Shown: in pieces, positions 27,796-38,661 of the stretch
Numbering within the stretch: position 1 is the first letter of the stretch
How the letters are laid out: every line of letters begins with the position of its first letter
Assembly (NCBI GenBank): GCA_036741715.1
Contig: DAINRR010000004.1
Location: 7,123 to 71,122 of the forward strand
Reading direction: 5' to 3'
DNA from: Gemmatimonadales bacterium
GTDB taxonomy: Bacteria > Gemmatimonadota > Gemmatimonadetes > Gemmatimonadales > GWC2-71-9
Length of the DNA: 64,000 nucleotides
Notes under the pieces: generated by a model
Database searches by the model: none
What the model was told of the DNA's origin: nothing
Seen by the model: the letters and a program-made list of their open reading frames with translations, nothing else
Made by a program: the position numbers and the translations under genes

Positions 27796-28685
27796 GGCTC
27801 CTGACGCGCGAGGCGCTCCTCTCCTTCCGCCGGGCGCCGCTCCTCTCGGCGCTGTCCGTCACGACGATCGCCTTCTCGCTCTTCACGGTCGGCCTCTTCG
27901 GGCTCATCGCCATCAACCTGCGGGAAGTGCTCCGCGACCTCGAGGAACGGGTCGAGGTCGTGGCGTTCGTGCTGCGCGGGACACCGCCCGAAACGATCAC
28001 GCTCGCCTCCCAGGACATCTCGACGTTTCCCGAGGTCCTCACGGTCACGTACGTGACGGAGGACGACGCCCTCGCCCGCGCGCGCCGGGAGCTGGTGGAA
28101 TTCCGCGATGCCTACCGGGACCTCCAGGTGAACCCCCTCCCCGCCTCGCTGGAAATCCGGCTGCGGGAGGGGTTCCGTGACGCCGCGAGCGCCGCCGCCA
28201 TCGCGGAGCGGGTGCGCGGCTTCACCTTCATCGAGGACGTGCGCTTCGGACGGGACTGGGTCGAGCAGCTCGACGGCCTCGGCGCCCTCGCCGGCATCCT
28301 CGGCCTGGTCATCGGCGGCGTCTTCGCGGCCGTGGCGATCGTGATCATCGGGGTCACCATCCGCCTCACGCTGTTGCAGCGTGCGCGCGAGATCCACATC
28401 ATGCGCCTCGTCGGCGCCACGAACTGGTTCATCCGCGGGCCGTTTCTCCTCGAGGGGGCGCTCAAGGGATTTCTCGGCGGGATGCTGGCGCTCGCGCTGT
28501 GCTACGCCGGGTACATGACCTTCCGCAGCAACACCTCGGTGCTCGGCGGGCTGGTGTTCTTCAGGCCGCACCACATGCTCGTGATCGTCCTGTTCGGCGT
28601 CCTGCTCGGGCTCGTCGGGAGCCTCGTGAGCGTGGGCCGCCACCTGCGCACCGTGGGCGGCCGGCTCGACCGGCGGGTGGTGTGA
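27792..28685 (+). CDS. ftsX: Cell-division permease FtsX
   Basis: ATGA overlap with ftsE. Four TM segments with a periplasmic domain between TM1 and TM2. REIHIMRLVGATNWFIRGPF is the FtsX signature. Confidence 0.9.
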   Translation: MRLLTREALLSFRRAPLLSALSVTTIAFSLFTVGLFGLIAINLREVLRDLEERVEVVAFVLRGTPPETITLASQDISTFPEVLTVTYVTEDDALARARRELVEFRDAYRDLQVNPLPASLEIRLREGFRDAASAAAIAERVRGFTFIEDVRFGRDWVEQLDGLGALAGILGLVIGGVFAAVAIVIIGVTIRLTLLQRAREIHIMRLVGATNWFIRGPFLLEGALKGFLGGMLALALCYAGYMTFRSNTSVLGGLVFFRPHHMLVIVLFGVLLGLVGSLVSVGRHLRTVGGRLDRRVV

Positions 28686-29887
28686 GGCGGCTCGCCTGGC
28701 TCGTCGTTCTCCTCGTGGCCGCGGTGCCCGCGCCGATGCTCGCGCAGAACACCGCGCAGGAGCTGCAGGAGAGCCGGCGGCGCCTGGAGGAAATCCGGCT
28801 CGAGCGTGAGCGGCTCGCGCGCCAGCAGCAGCGGCTCCAGGGCCAGGCGCACGACGTGGCCGACGAGCTCGACAACCTCGAGCGCCAGCGCCAGTCCACC
28901 AGCCGGATCGTCAACGAGATCGAGCAGCAGATCTCCGGCCTGGTGAGCCAGGTGGACCGCTCGACGACCGAGCTCGTCCTCGCGCAGGACAACCTCGCCG
29001 AGCGCCGCGCGGTGCTCGAGCGCCGGCTGGTGGACATCTACAAGCGCGGCCCGCTCTACACCTTCCAGGTCCTCCTCGCCGCCGAATCGTTCGGCGACCT
29101 CCTCAGTCGCTACAAGTACCTGTACCTGACGAGCCGCCAGGACCGGGCGCTCGTCACCGACGTCGAGCGCCTCGCCAACCGCGTGAGCCAGCAGCGACAG
29201 GAGATCGTCCGGGTCAAGGAGCAGCTCGACAACACGCGGACCGAGCGAGAAGAGGAGCTCGACCGCTTCGGCCAGCTCGCGCAGCAGCGGAGCCGGCGAC
29301 TCGCAACCCTGCAACGCTCGAGCCGTGAGACCGAGCGGCGGCTGGCCCAGCTCGAGCGTGACGCCGAGCGGCTGACGAACGTCCTCGCATCACTCGAGCG
29401 GGCGCGCGTCGAGGAGGCCGAGCGCGCACGCCGGGCGGCGGCCAGCGCCGGCGGCGCCGCGGCACCCGAGCGGGGGTCGATCACCACGGCGAGCCTCGGG
29501 CGGCTCGACTGGCCGGTGGATGGGCGGATCGTCTTTCCGTTCGGGCGGCAGACGCTCCCGAGCGGCGGCGTCGTGCGGAACAACGGGATCGGCATCGCCG
29601 CGCCGGCGGGAACGGCGGTGCGTGCCGTGGCGGCCGGCACCGTGGCGCTCGTCGAGCGGCTCAGCACCTACGGGCTCTCGGTGATCGTCGCCCATGGCGA
29701 CGGGTATTACTCGCTCTACATGCAGCTGCGATCCGCGTCCGTGAATCGCGGGGACGCGATTACGCGGGGCCAGGTGATCGGCGCTGTCGGTGGGGAGAAT
29801 TCGGATTTCGGACCGCACCTGCAGTTCCAGATTCGAGGCGACAACGAGGTGGCGCTCGATCCGGCGGAGTGGCTGCGGAGGCGCTGA
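28682..29887 (+). CDS. EnvC-like coiled-coil / M23 (LytM) peptidase domain protein
   Basis: GTGA overlap with ftsX. Signal peptide, long heptad-rich region, and a C-terminal M23 domain (GIGIAAPAGTAVRAVAAGTV...GLSVIVAHGDGYYSLY...GPHLQFQIR). Confidence 0.88.
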   Translation: MRRLAWLVVLLVAAVPAPMLAQNTAQELQESRRRLEEIRLERERLARQQQRLQGQAHDVADELDNLERQRQSTSRIVNEIEQQISGLVSQVDRSTTELVLAQDNLAERRAVLERRLVDIYKRGPLYTFQVLLAAESFGDLLSRYKYLYLTSRQDRALVTDVERLANRVSQQRQEIVRVKEQLDNTRTEREEELDRFGQLAQQRSRRLATLQRSSRETERRLAQLERDAERLTNVLASLERARVEEAERARRAAASAGGAAAPERGSITTASLGRLDWPVDGRIVFPFGRQTLPSGGVVRNNGIGIAAPAGTAVRAVAAGTVALVERLSTYGLSVIVAHGDGYYSLYMQLRSASVNRGDAITRGQVIGAVGGENSDFGPHLQFQIRGDNEVALDPAEWLRRR

Positions 29888-29890
29888 GTC

Positions 29891-31327
29891 TCAGCCGCCC
29901 GCGTATTCTGCGACGCCGATCCGTCCGCTCGTCTGCCCCTTGGCCCGCAGCAGCGCCGCCTCGGCCAGGGCGAGGAGGTCGTCGACGCGCTCGGCGGCCG
30001 GATGCGGAAAGGTGACGATTCCCGCCGTGACCTGCGGGCGATCGCCGTCTTCGAGCCCCGGGAAAGTGTGCGCACCGAGCCGGGCACGGACGCGGCCGAT
30101 CGATGTGCGGGCGCCCTCTCCGCCGGTCTCCGGGAGGACGATCGCGAACTCGTCGCCCCCGTAGCGGCAGACGAGGTCCGGCACCCGGACCGTGCCGCGC
30201 ACCACCTGCGCCAGCTCGGCGAGGACGCGGTCTCCGCCTTCCTGGCCGAGCCGCTCGTTATAGCTGCGCAGGCCGTCGACGTCGAGCAGGATCACGCTGA
30301 AGCCGAGCGAATAGCGCCGCGCCCGTTCGAACTCCGCCCGGATCCGCTCTTCGAGGAGGCCCGCCGTCCCGCAGCCGGTGAGCGGATCGATGCTGGGAGC
30401 GTGCCCGTTCCGCCCGTTCCCGGCGAGTGCGCGGGCCGCTGCCCGGGTCAGGCTGTCGGCAAACGCCACCTGGTCGGCCGTCAGCCTCACCTTCGGCTCA
30501 CGCGGCCGGAGCAGGAAGACGCCCACGACCTCGCCGTCGACCGGAACGGGGAGCGCGACGACGCTGTGCAGCTCCACGCCCGGGTGCTGTGCGGCCCATT
30601 GCCGCCGCGCCTCGTGAAAGAGCGGGTCGGACTGGGCGTCTCCTATCACCACCGGCTCACCGGTGCGGCGCGCTTCCGCGATCTCGGGGTAGCGGCTGAG
30701 GTCGAGCGCGAGGTCGGTCGCGCCGGGCCGCTCGAAATCCGCGACCACGCGACCGTGAGACGCTCCGGGCGGCGTCAGCACGAAGGAGCAGCGTGCCAGG
30801 TCGAGCGCCCGGGCCACGCGCCGGCAGAGCTGGTGCAGCGCCTCTTCGGCGCGCAGCGAGCCGAAGATGTCGTGCGCGAGGTCGAAGCTCGCGTTGAGTG
30901 AAGCGACCGGCGCCGACGACTTCCCGCCCGCGGCGGGCTGCCGCCGCCGCATCAGGAGGCGGGCGCAGAGCTCGGGAAGGTGGATGGGGGCGCTCATCGC
31001 GTCGTCCGCCCCGCTGGAGAGCGCACGGAAGGCGCCTTCCCGGTCGGTGGCGGCAAGCGCCACGACCCGCGGCATGGCCGGCCCGAACGCGTAACCGACG
31101 GCTTCGAGGGTGTCGGCCAGCTCGGCGTCGGCGGCCGCAGCCGTGATCAGAATGACGTCGGGGGCGGCGTCCGGTGGCGGCTCGGCGCGGGGATCGTCGG
31201 ATTCGTGGACGCGGAACCCGCTCCGGGCGAGCGCGCGCTCCAGCCCTTCCGGACGCGCCAGGGCGTCCCCGAGCAACAGGACCCGGAGACGGGGCTCGTC
31301 CGCGTTCAGCGTATCATTCACACCCAC
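29891..31327 (-). CDS. Diguanylate cyclase: degenerate receiver-like domain + GAF + GGDEF
   Basis: C-terminal IDPLTGCGTAGLLEERI...RVPDLVCRYGGDEFAIVL has an intact GGDEF motif and an RxxD I-site 5 aa upstream. A central GAF-like region is present. The N-terminal REC-like fold appears to lack the acidic pair and phospho-acceptor Asp (VLLLGD..., PDVILITAA). Confidence 0.88.
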   Translation of the reverse strand: MGVNDTLNADEPRLRVLLLGDALARPEGLERALARSGFRVHESDDPRAEPPPDAAPDVILITAAAADAELADTLEAVGYAFGPAMPRVVALAATDREGAFRALSSGADDAMSAPIHLPELCARLLMRRRQPAAGGKSSAPVASLNASFDLAHDIFGSLRAEEALHQLCRRVARALDLARCSFVLTPPGASHGRVVADFERPGATDLALDLSRYPEIAEARRTGEPVVIGDAQSDPLFHEARRQWAAQHPGVELHSVVALPVPVDGEVVGVFLLRPREPKVRLTADQVAFADSLTRAAARALAGNGRNGHAPSIDPLTGCGTAGLLEERIRAEFERARRYSLGFSVILLDVDGLRSYNERLGQEGGDRVLAELAQVVRGTVRVPDLVCRYGGDEFAIVLPETGGEGARTSIGRVRARLGAHTFPGLEDGDRPQVTAGIVTFPHPAAERVDDLLALAEAALLRAKGQTSGRIGVAEYAGG

Positions 31328-31337
31328 ATCGGCGCAG

Positions 31338-32222
31338 ATGTCTCACTTCCAGGTCGAAGAACAGCTCGGGGCGCACGTCTCCACGCAGGGAGGGGTTCAG
31401 TCGGCCCCCGGCCGAGGCGTGGCCATCGGCGCGACGGCGCTCCAGATGTTCACGAAGACGCCGAACCAGTGGCGCGAGCCGGTCATTACCCCCGAATGCC
31501 GCGACGCCTTCCGGACTGGCTGGACGGCCAGCGGCATCCGGACAATAGTGGTGCATGACTCGTACCTCATCAACCTCGCGTCCCCGGACAGTACGCTAAG
31601 CGCCCGCTCCGTCGAATCCTTCATCGCGGAGCTTCAACGATGCACCTATCTCGGAATCTCGGCGATAGTGTCGCATCCGGGCAACTACATTGACGACCTG
31701 AGCCGCGGCCTCGATCGCAATGCCGCCGCGCTGGCCCACTGCCTCCAGACCGTACCCGGAGAGGTACGGGTCCTCCTCGAGACGACCGCCGGGAGCGGAA
31801 CGGCGCTCGGGAGCCGCTTCGAAGAGCTCGCGGCGCTCCGGGAGCGCCTGCCGGCGCGTCTCCGGCATCGCGTGGGTTATTGCGCCGACACCTGCCACCT
31901 CTACTCCGCCGGCTACGATCTCCTTGGCGACTTCGACGGGGTCTGGCGCGAATGGGACCGCATCCTCGGCCTCGACCAGCTCGGCTGCCTGCACCTCAAC
32001 GATTCGAAGACGCCGTTCGCCTCGCGGCGCGACCGCCACGAGCTGATCGGCGAGGGATCGCTCGGCCCCGAACCCTTCCGCCGGCTCATGCGCGATCCCC
32101 GCTTTGCCGCGGTGCCGAAGCTCATCGAGACGCCGAAGGGGGATGACTTCGTCGCGAACGACCGCCGCATGCTCTCCCGCCTGCGCCGTTATGCCCGCTC
32201 GCGCCCGGCTGCGGCGCGTTGA
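31338..32222 (+). CDS. nfo: Endonuclease IV (AP endonuclease family 2)
   Basis: GAHVSTQGG, VVHDSYLINLASP, LETTAGSGT, CADTCHLYSAGYD, LHLNDSK. ATG 31338 is only 10 nt from the divergent GGDEF start. Confidence 0.9.
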   Translation: MSHFQVEEQLGAHVSTQGGVQSAPGRGVAIGATALQMFTKTPNQWREPVITPECRDAFRTGWTASGIRTIVVHDSYLINLASPDSTLSARSVESFIAELQRCTYLGISAIVSHPGNYIDDLSRGLDRNAAALAHCLQTVPGEVRVLLETTAGSGTALGSRFEELAALRERLPARLRHRVGYCADTCHLYSAGYDLLGDFDGVWREWDRILGLDQLGCLHLNDSKTPFASRRDRHELIGEGSLGPEPFRRLMRDPRFAAVPKLIETPKGDDFVANDRRMLSRLRRYARSRPAAAR

Positions 32223-32253
32223 CCACCCCTTTCTCGACGGCCATCTTCCTCCG

Positions 32254-32850
32254 ATGAAGACCTCCCTGCTGGCGCTCCTCCTGGTGGCCACCGCTCAGCC
32301 TGCACAGGCCCAGCTCGACTATTACGGGCGCATCGGAGCCACCGGCTCCACCGCGCTCGTACGTGATGTCCTCTTCGAGCCGTTCGAGACCGGCCACGGC
32401 ATTGCGCCTACGCTCGTGGCGGGCCTTTCGATCCCGGTGGGTACCGAGAATCGTCTCGGCATCGAGGGCACGCTCGTTTCCGGCTCGCTGCGCGCCTCCC
32501 CCGAGAATGGTGGCGACGTCGATCTGGGCCGCCTCACCACGCTGTCCGCACTGGCCAACGCCGAGGGCGCCGTTTCCGGCCCGCTTCGCTGGCGCGTCGG
32601 CATCGGGCTCATCAAGTATCTCCCGTCCGAGGAGGCGGGGCTCTTCGCGCAGGGCGGGCCGTTGCGTTATTTCGTGGGTGGCGGGCTCGATTTCCGCCGC
32701 CCGACATTCGGCAGCTGGGACCTCATGGTCTCGGCGCGCTACGATTTCCATCGCTTCACCACCGACGAGCTGCGCGATCGCGGGTTCACCCAGGCCCAGG
32801 GTGTCCAGCGCGGATCGCTCACGCTCGGGCTCGCGAGGAACCTCCCATGA
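32254..32850 (+). CDS. Small outer-membrane beta-barrel protein (putative)
   Basis: Signal peptide MKTSLLALLLVATAQPAQAQ. Alternating hydrophobic beta-strand pattern with Gly/aromatic girdle residues. 198 aa. No specific family assigned. Confidence 0.6.
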   Translation: MKTSLLALLLVATAQPAQAQLDYYGRIGATGSTALVRDVLFEPFETGHGIAPTLVAGLSIPVGTENRLGIEGTLVSGSLRASPENGGDVDLGRLTTLSALANAEGAVSGPLRWRVGIGLIKYLPSEEAGLFAQGGPLRYFVGGGLDFRRPTFGSWDLMVSARYDFHRFTTDELRDRGFTQAQGVQRGSLTLGLARNLP

Positions 32851-33497
32851 ACGGCCGCATCGCTTCCCTGGCGCTCGCGCCCCTCGCCGCGGCGCTGCTG
32901 TCGTGCAGCGAGATCGGCGCGCCGACCCGCGCCGACATCTACGAATGGCGAATCATCCAGACGCCCGACACCTTCGCCTTCCACTGGCCGCGCGAAGTGC
33001 TCCCGGTCCGGATCTGGGTCCAGGACATCTACGAGCTGCCGCAGCACACGCAGGCGGCGATCGACGGCTGGAAGGACGGCTTCCTCTATCGCGAGTGGGA
33101 TGCCGAGCTGGTGAGCGACTCCTCCACGGCCGATGTCATCGTCGTCTCCGATTTTCCGCTCGGACCGACCATTCTCCTCGCGAGCGTGGCGGAGTGCGAG
33201 GGCTATACCGACCTCGCGCTCGACACCGACACGCGCGTCCTGACGCTGCCCATCCGGATCTACGTGGTGCCGCGCTTCGACCCCGACTTGCCGGCTACGC
33301 GCGCGTGCTTCGGGATCGTCATGTACCACGAGATCGGGCATGCGCTCGGGATCTTCCGGCATTCGCCGGACCCGGACGACATCATGTACTTCAATCCGAC
33401 GTCGAGCACGCCGACCCAGCGTGACTTCCAGACCGCCGAAGTCCTGTATCACGCGCCGACGACGGTGACCACCACGCACGGGGACGACTCACCCTGA
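32847..33497 (+). CDS. Metzincin (matrixin/M10-like) zinc metalloprotease lipoprotein
   Basis: ATGA overlap with the barrel gene. Lipobox AAALLSC. Extended zinc motif HEIGHALGIFRHS (HExxHxxGxxH) followed by a Met-turn candidate DDIMYF. Confidence 0.75.
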   Translation: MNGRIASLALAPLAAALLSCSEIGAPTRADIYEWRIIQTPDTFAFHWPREVLPVRIWVQDIYELPQHTQAAIDGWKDGFLYREWDAELVSDSSTADVIVVSDFPLGPTILLASVAECEGYTDLALDTDTRVLTLPIRIYVVPRFDPDLPATRACFGIVMYHEIGHALGIFRHSPDPDDIMYFNPTSSTPTQRDFQTAEVLYHAPTTVTTTHGDDSP

Positions 33498-35799
33498 CCT
33501 CTCCCCTTTCTCCCGACCGCCGGGCGCAGGCCCTCGCGTACCACGAAGAGGGCCGGCCCGGCAAGATCCAGGTCGTCGCGACCAAGCCCACCCAGAACCA
33601 GCGCGATCTCTCGCTCGCCTACACGCCCGGCGTCGCGGAGCCGTGCCTCGCGATCCGCGACCGGGCCGAGGACGCGTACCGCTACACGGCGAAGGGGAAT
33701 CTGGTGGCCGTCGTCTCGAACGGCACCGCGGTGCTCGGCCTCGGGAACATCGGGCCGCTCGCCGGGAAGCCGGTCATGGAGGGGAAGGGCGTCCTGTTCA
33801 AGACGTTCGCGGATCTCGACGTCTTCGACCTGGAGATCAATGCGAACGACCCGGAGGACGTGATCCGCTTCTGCCAGATGCTCGAGCCCACGGTCGGGGG
33901 GATCAACCTCGAGGACATCCGGTCGCCCGACTGCTTCTACATCGAGCAGCGCCTGCGCGAGCTCCTCTCGATTCCGGTCTTTCACGACGACCAGCACGGG
34001 ACCGCGATCATCTCCGGCGCGGCGCTGCTCAACGCCCTCGACGTCACCGGCCGCGACATCACGCAGACCCGCGTCGTCTTCGTCGGGGCCGGCGCGGCGG
34101 CGATCGCCACCGCGGAGCATTACGTGCGCCTCGGCGTGCCGCGCGAGCTGGTCACGCTGTGCGACAACAAGGGCGTGGTCACTGCGCGGCGCACCGATCT
34201 CGATCCCTTCAAGGCGCGCTTCGCGCGCGAGGACGCTCCGGATACCGTGGCGGAGGCGTTCAGCGGCGCCGACGTGTTCGTGGGGCTTTCGGCGGCCGGC
34301 GCGGTGACGCCCGACCTGATCGCGCGCATGGCGCCCGACCCTATCGTCTTCGCGCTCGCCAACCCGACGCCGGAAATCCTTCCGGACGAAGTGCGCGCGG
34401 TGCGGCCCGACGCCGTCATCGCCACCGGACGGACGGATTATCCGAACCAGGTGAACAACGTCCTGGGCTTTCCGTTCATCTTCCGCGGGGCCCTCGACGT
34501 CCGGGCGCGCGCCATCAACGAAGAGATGAAGATGGCGGCGACGCGCGCGCTCGCGGCCCTCGCGCGCGAGGACGTGCCCGACATGGTGCTTCGTGCCTAC
34601 AACCTGCCGAGCCTGCGCTTCGGGCGTGATTACCTCATTCCGAAGCCGTTCGATTCTCGCGTCCTGCTCTGGGTGGCCCCCGCCGTGGCGTGGGCGGCGA
34701 TTCACACCGGCGTGGCCACCGAGCTGCTGGACATGGACGACTACCGCGCGCGCCTCGACTCGCGCCTGGGCCCCGGGCGCGCGGTGATGCGGGGGCTCAT
34801 GAACCGGGCGGCCTCGGATACGCAGCGGCTCGCCATGACCGACGCGGACGACTCACGCGTCCTGCGCGCCGCGCGGATCCTGAGCGACGAAGGGATCGCT
34901 CAGCCGATCCTCGTCGGCGACCCCGACGTCATCAGCCGGGCGGCGACCGAGGCGGAGGTGTCGCTCGAGGGGATCGCCGTGGTCAACCCGCGGGATTCGA
35001 CCGACCGGAATCGCTATGCCGATGCCTTCTGGGGGCGGCGCCAGCGTCGCGGAGTGACGCGCGCCGAGGCCCGGCGGCGAATGCTCCAGCCCGAGTACTT
35101 CGGCGCGATGATGGTCTCGCTCGGCGATGCCGACGCCGTGGTGGTCGGCGAGAACCAGCACTACCCGCGCGCGATCCGGCCCGCCATCGAGGCGGTGGGA
35201 TCCGAGGCCCAGGCGGCACTGGCCGGGATCTACATGATGGTCACCCAGAACGACACGCTCTTCTTCGCCGACTGCACCGTCAACATCGATCCCGATGCCT
35301 CACGTCTCGCGGAAATCGCGATCGCGGCCGCCAACTTCGTGCAGCAGCTCGGGATCGAGCCGCGGGTCGCCATGCTCTCGTTCAGCAACTTCGGGTCGGT
35401 GCGGCACCCGGTGCAGCAGAAGGTGGCGGACGCCGTCAAGCTGCTCCACGAGCTCCGGCCTAACCTCAAGGTGGACGGCGAGATGCAGGCGGACACCGCG
35501 GTGGTCGAGGGGGTCCTGCAGCGGCAGTACCCCTTCAACCGGTTGCACGGGCCCGCCAACGTGCTGATCTTTCCCGACCTGAACGCGGCCAACATCTGCT
35601 ACAAGCTGCTTGGCCGGCTCGGAGGGGCCCAGGCGATCGGCCCGATTCTCGTGGGTCTCGCGGCCCCGGTGCACGTGCTGGAGCGCGATTCGGGGGTAGA
35701 CGACATCGTCAACATGGCGGTCATCGCGGCCGTGGACGCGCAGGAGCGCGGCCGGCACGCTGCGGCGTCGCCGGGTATCGATCAGCCAGACAGGAGCTT

Positions 35800-35803
<4 letters not shown>
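33494..35803 (+). CDS. maeB: NADP-dependent malic enzyme (malic + phosphotransacetylase-like domains), probable CTG start
   Basis: The first canonical start is GTG 33704. The same frame is open from the stop at 33422 and encodes the conserved MaeB N-terminus (..[71 protein letters not shown]). The only near-cognate start upstream of it is CTG 33494, which overlaps the upstream TGA (CTGA). That start gives 769 aa, a typical length. Confidence 0.88.
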
Positions 35804-37395
<1,592 letters not shown>

Positions 37396-37419
37396 GCGAG
37401 GGGCCCCCGCCCCGCCACC

Positions 37420-38661
37420 ATGACATCTCCCGAGTTCGACGTCATCCGCGATCCGCTCTGGGACAACATCCGGCTCGACCGTCCGGCGCAGCTCGCGCTC
37501 GACACGCCGGCCATGCAGCGCCTCCGCTACGTGCGGCAGCTCGGCCACGCCTTCCTCGTCTATCCCGGCGCCACCCACACCCGCTTCGAGCACGCCCTCG
37601 GCGCGTACCATCTCACGCGCCGGGCGCTCGCAGCGCTGCAGGAACGGGGCGAGCTCGCCGGCGTGAGCGAGCGCGACTGCCTCGCGATCCGGTTCGCGGC
37701 ACTCCTCCACGACATCGGCCACTACCCCTTCTCGCACGCGCTCGAGGAAGCGGGATTTCCGCTCCACGAAGCGCAGGGCGTCGCGCGGCTGGCGCGCGGC
37801 CCGCTCGGCGACGTGCTCGCGGCGGCCGGCGGGCCCGACCTTGCGCCGGAGGTCGGGCGGCTCATCCGCGGGACCAGCACGAGTCCGCTTCAGGGCCTCA
37901 TTTCCGGATCGCTCGACCTCGACAAGATCGACTACCTGAGCCGCGACGCGCACATGTGCGGGGTGCCGTACGGCACCCTCGATGTCGACCGGCTCATCTC
38001 CTCGCTGGTGCTCCTGGAAACAGGGGGGCGGCGGGAAGTCGGCGTGCACGAAAAGGGCGTGAGCGCGCTCGAGTCGCTGCTCTTCGCGAAGTACCAGATG
38101 TACCGGAACGTCTACTGGCATCACGCCGTCCGCTCGGCCACGTGCATGTTCAAGCGCGCCGCGCGAGCGGCCGTGGCCGCCGGCGTCGTCACCGTGGATG
38201 CGATCGCCGACCTCACGGACGATGCGTTCATGGAGCTGCTCGTCACCCGCGGCCCGAGCCCGCTCGCGCTCGCCGTGCGTACCCGGCGGCTCTTCAAGCG
38301 CGCGCTCGACATGCCGGCGAGTGATGTCGTCGGGGAGCCCGCGGCCTGGGTGTCCGAGGATCCGGCGCTGCTCGAGCGGGTGGAGGATGCGCTGGCGGTG
38401 GAGTGCGGACTCGAGCCGGGGGAGTTGCTGCTCGATTTTCCTGCCCGGCCATCGATGCTGTCGGTGGACCTTCCACTCGCGACCCGCGGCGGCCGCATCG
38501 AGCGGCTCACCGACGAAGGCCGGGCGGGCCAGCTGGGGCTGCCGCGGGTCGCCGACGAGCTCTACCGGAGCGCGCGGCGGCTTCGGGTGTTCGTGGCGCG
38601 CCCGCCGTCCCGCCCTCCCCTCCGGGCGGTCGAGCTCGTGCAGTCGCGCGATCCCGTGTGA
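37420..38661 (+). CDS. HD-domain phosphohydrolase (dNTP triphosphohydrolase / SAMHD1-like architecture)
   Basis: RLRYVRQLG..., HTRFEHALGAYHL, ALLHDIGHYPFSHALE, DLDKIDYLSRDAHMCGVPYG. The C-terminal half resembles the HD-associated domain. Confidence 0.85.
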   Translation: MTSPEFDVIRDPLWDNIRLDRPAQLALDTPAMQRLRYVRQLGHAFLVYPGATHTRFEHALGAYHLTRRALAALQERGELAGVSERDCLAIRFAALLHDIGHYPFSHALEEAGFPLHEAQGVARLARGPLGDVLAAAGGPDLAPEVGRLIRGTSTSPLQGLISGSLDLDKIDYLSRDAHMCGVPYGTLDVDRLISSLVLLETGGRREVGVHEKGVSALESLLFAKYQMYRNVYWHHAVRSATCMFKRAARAAVAAGVVTVDAIADLTDDAFMELLVTRGPSPLALAVRTRRLFKRALDMPASDVVGEPAAWVSEDPALLERVEDALAVECGLEPGELLLDFPARPSMLSVDLPLATRGGRIERLTDEGRAGQLGLPRVADELYRSARRLRVFVARPPSRPPLRAVELVQSRDPV

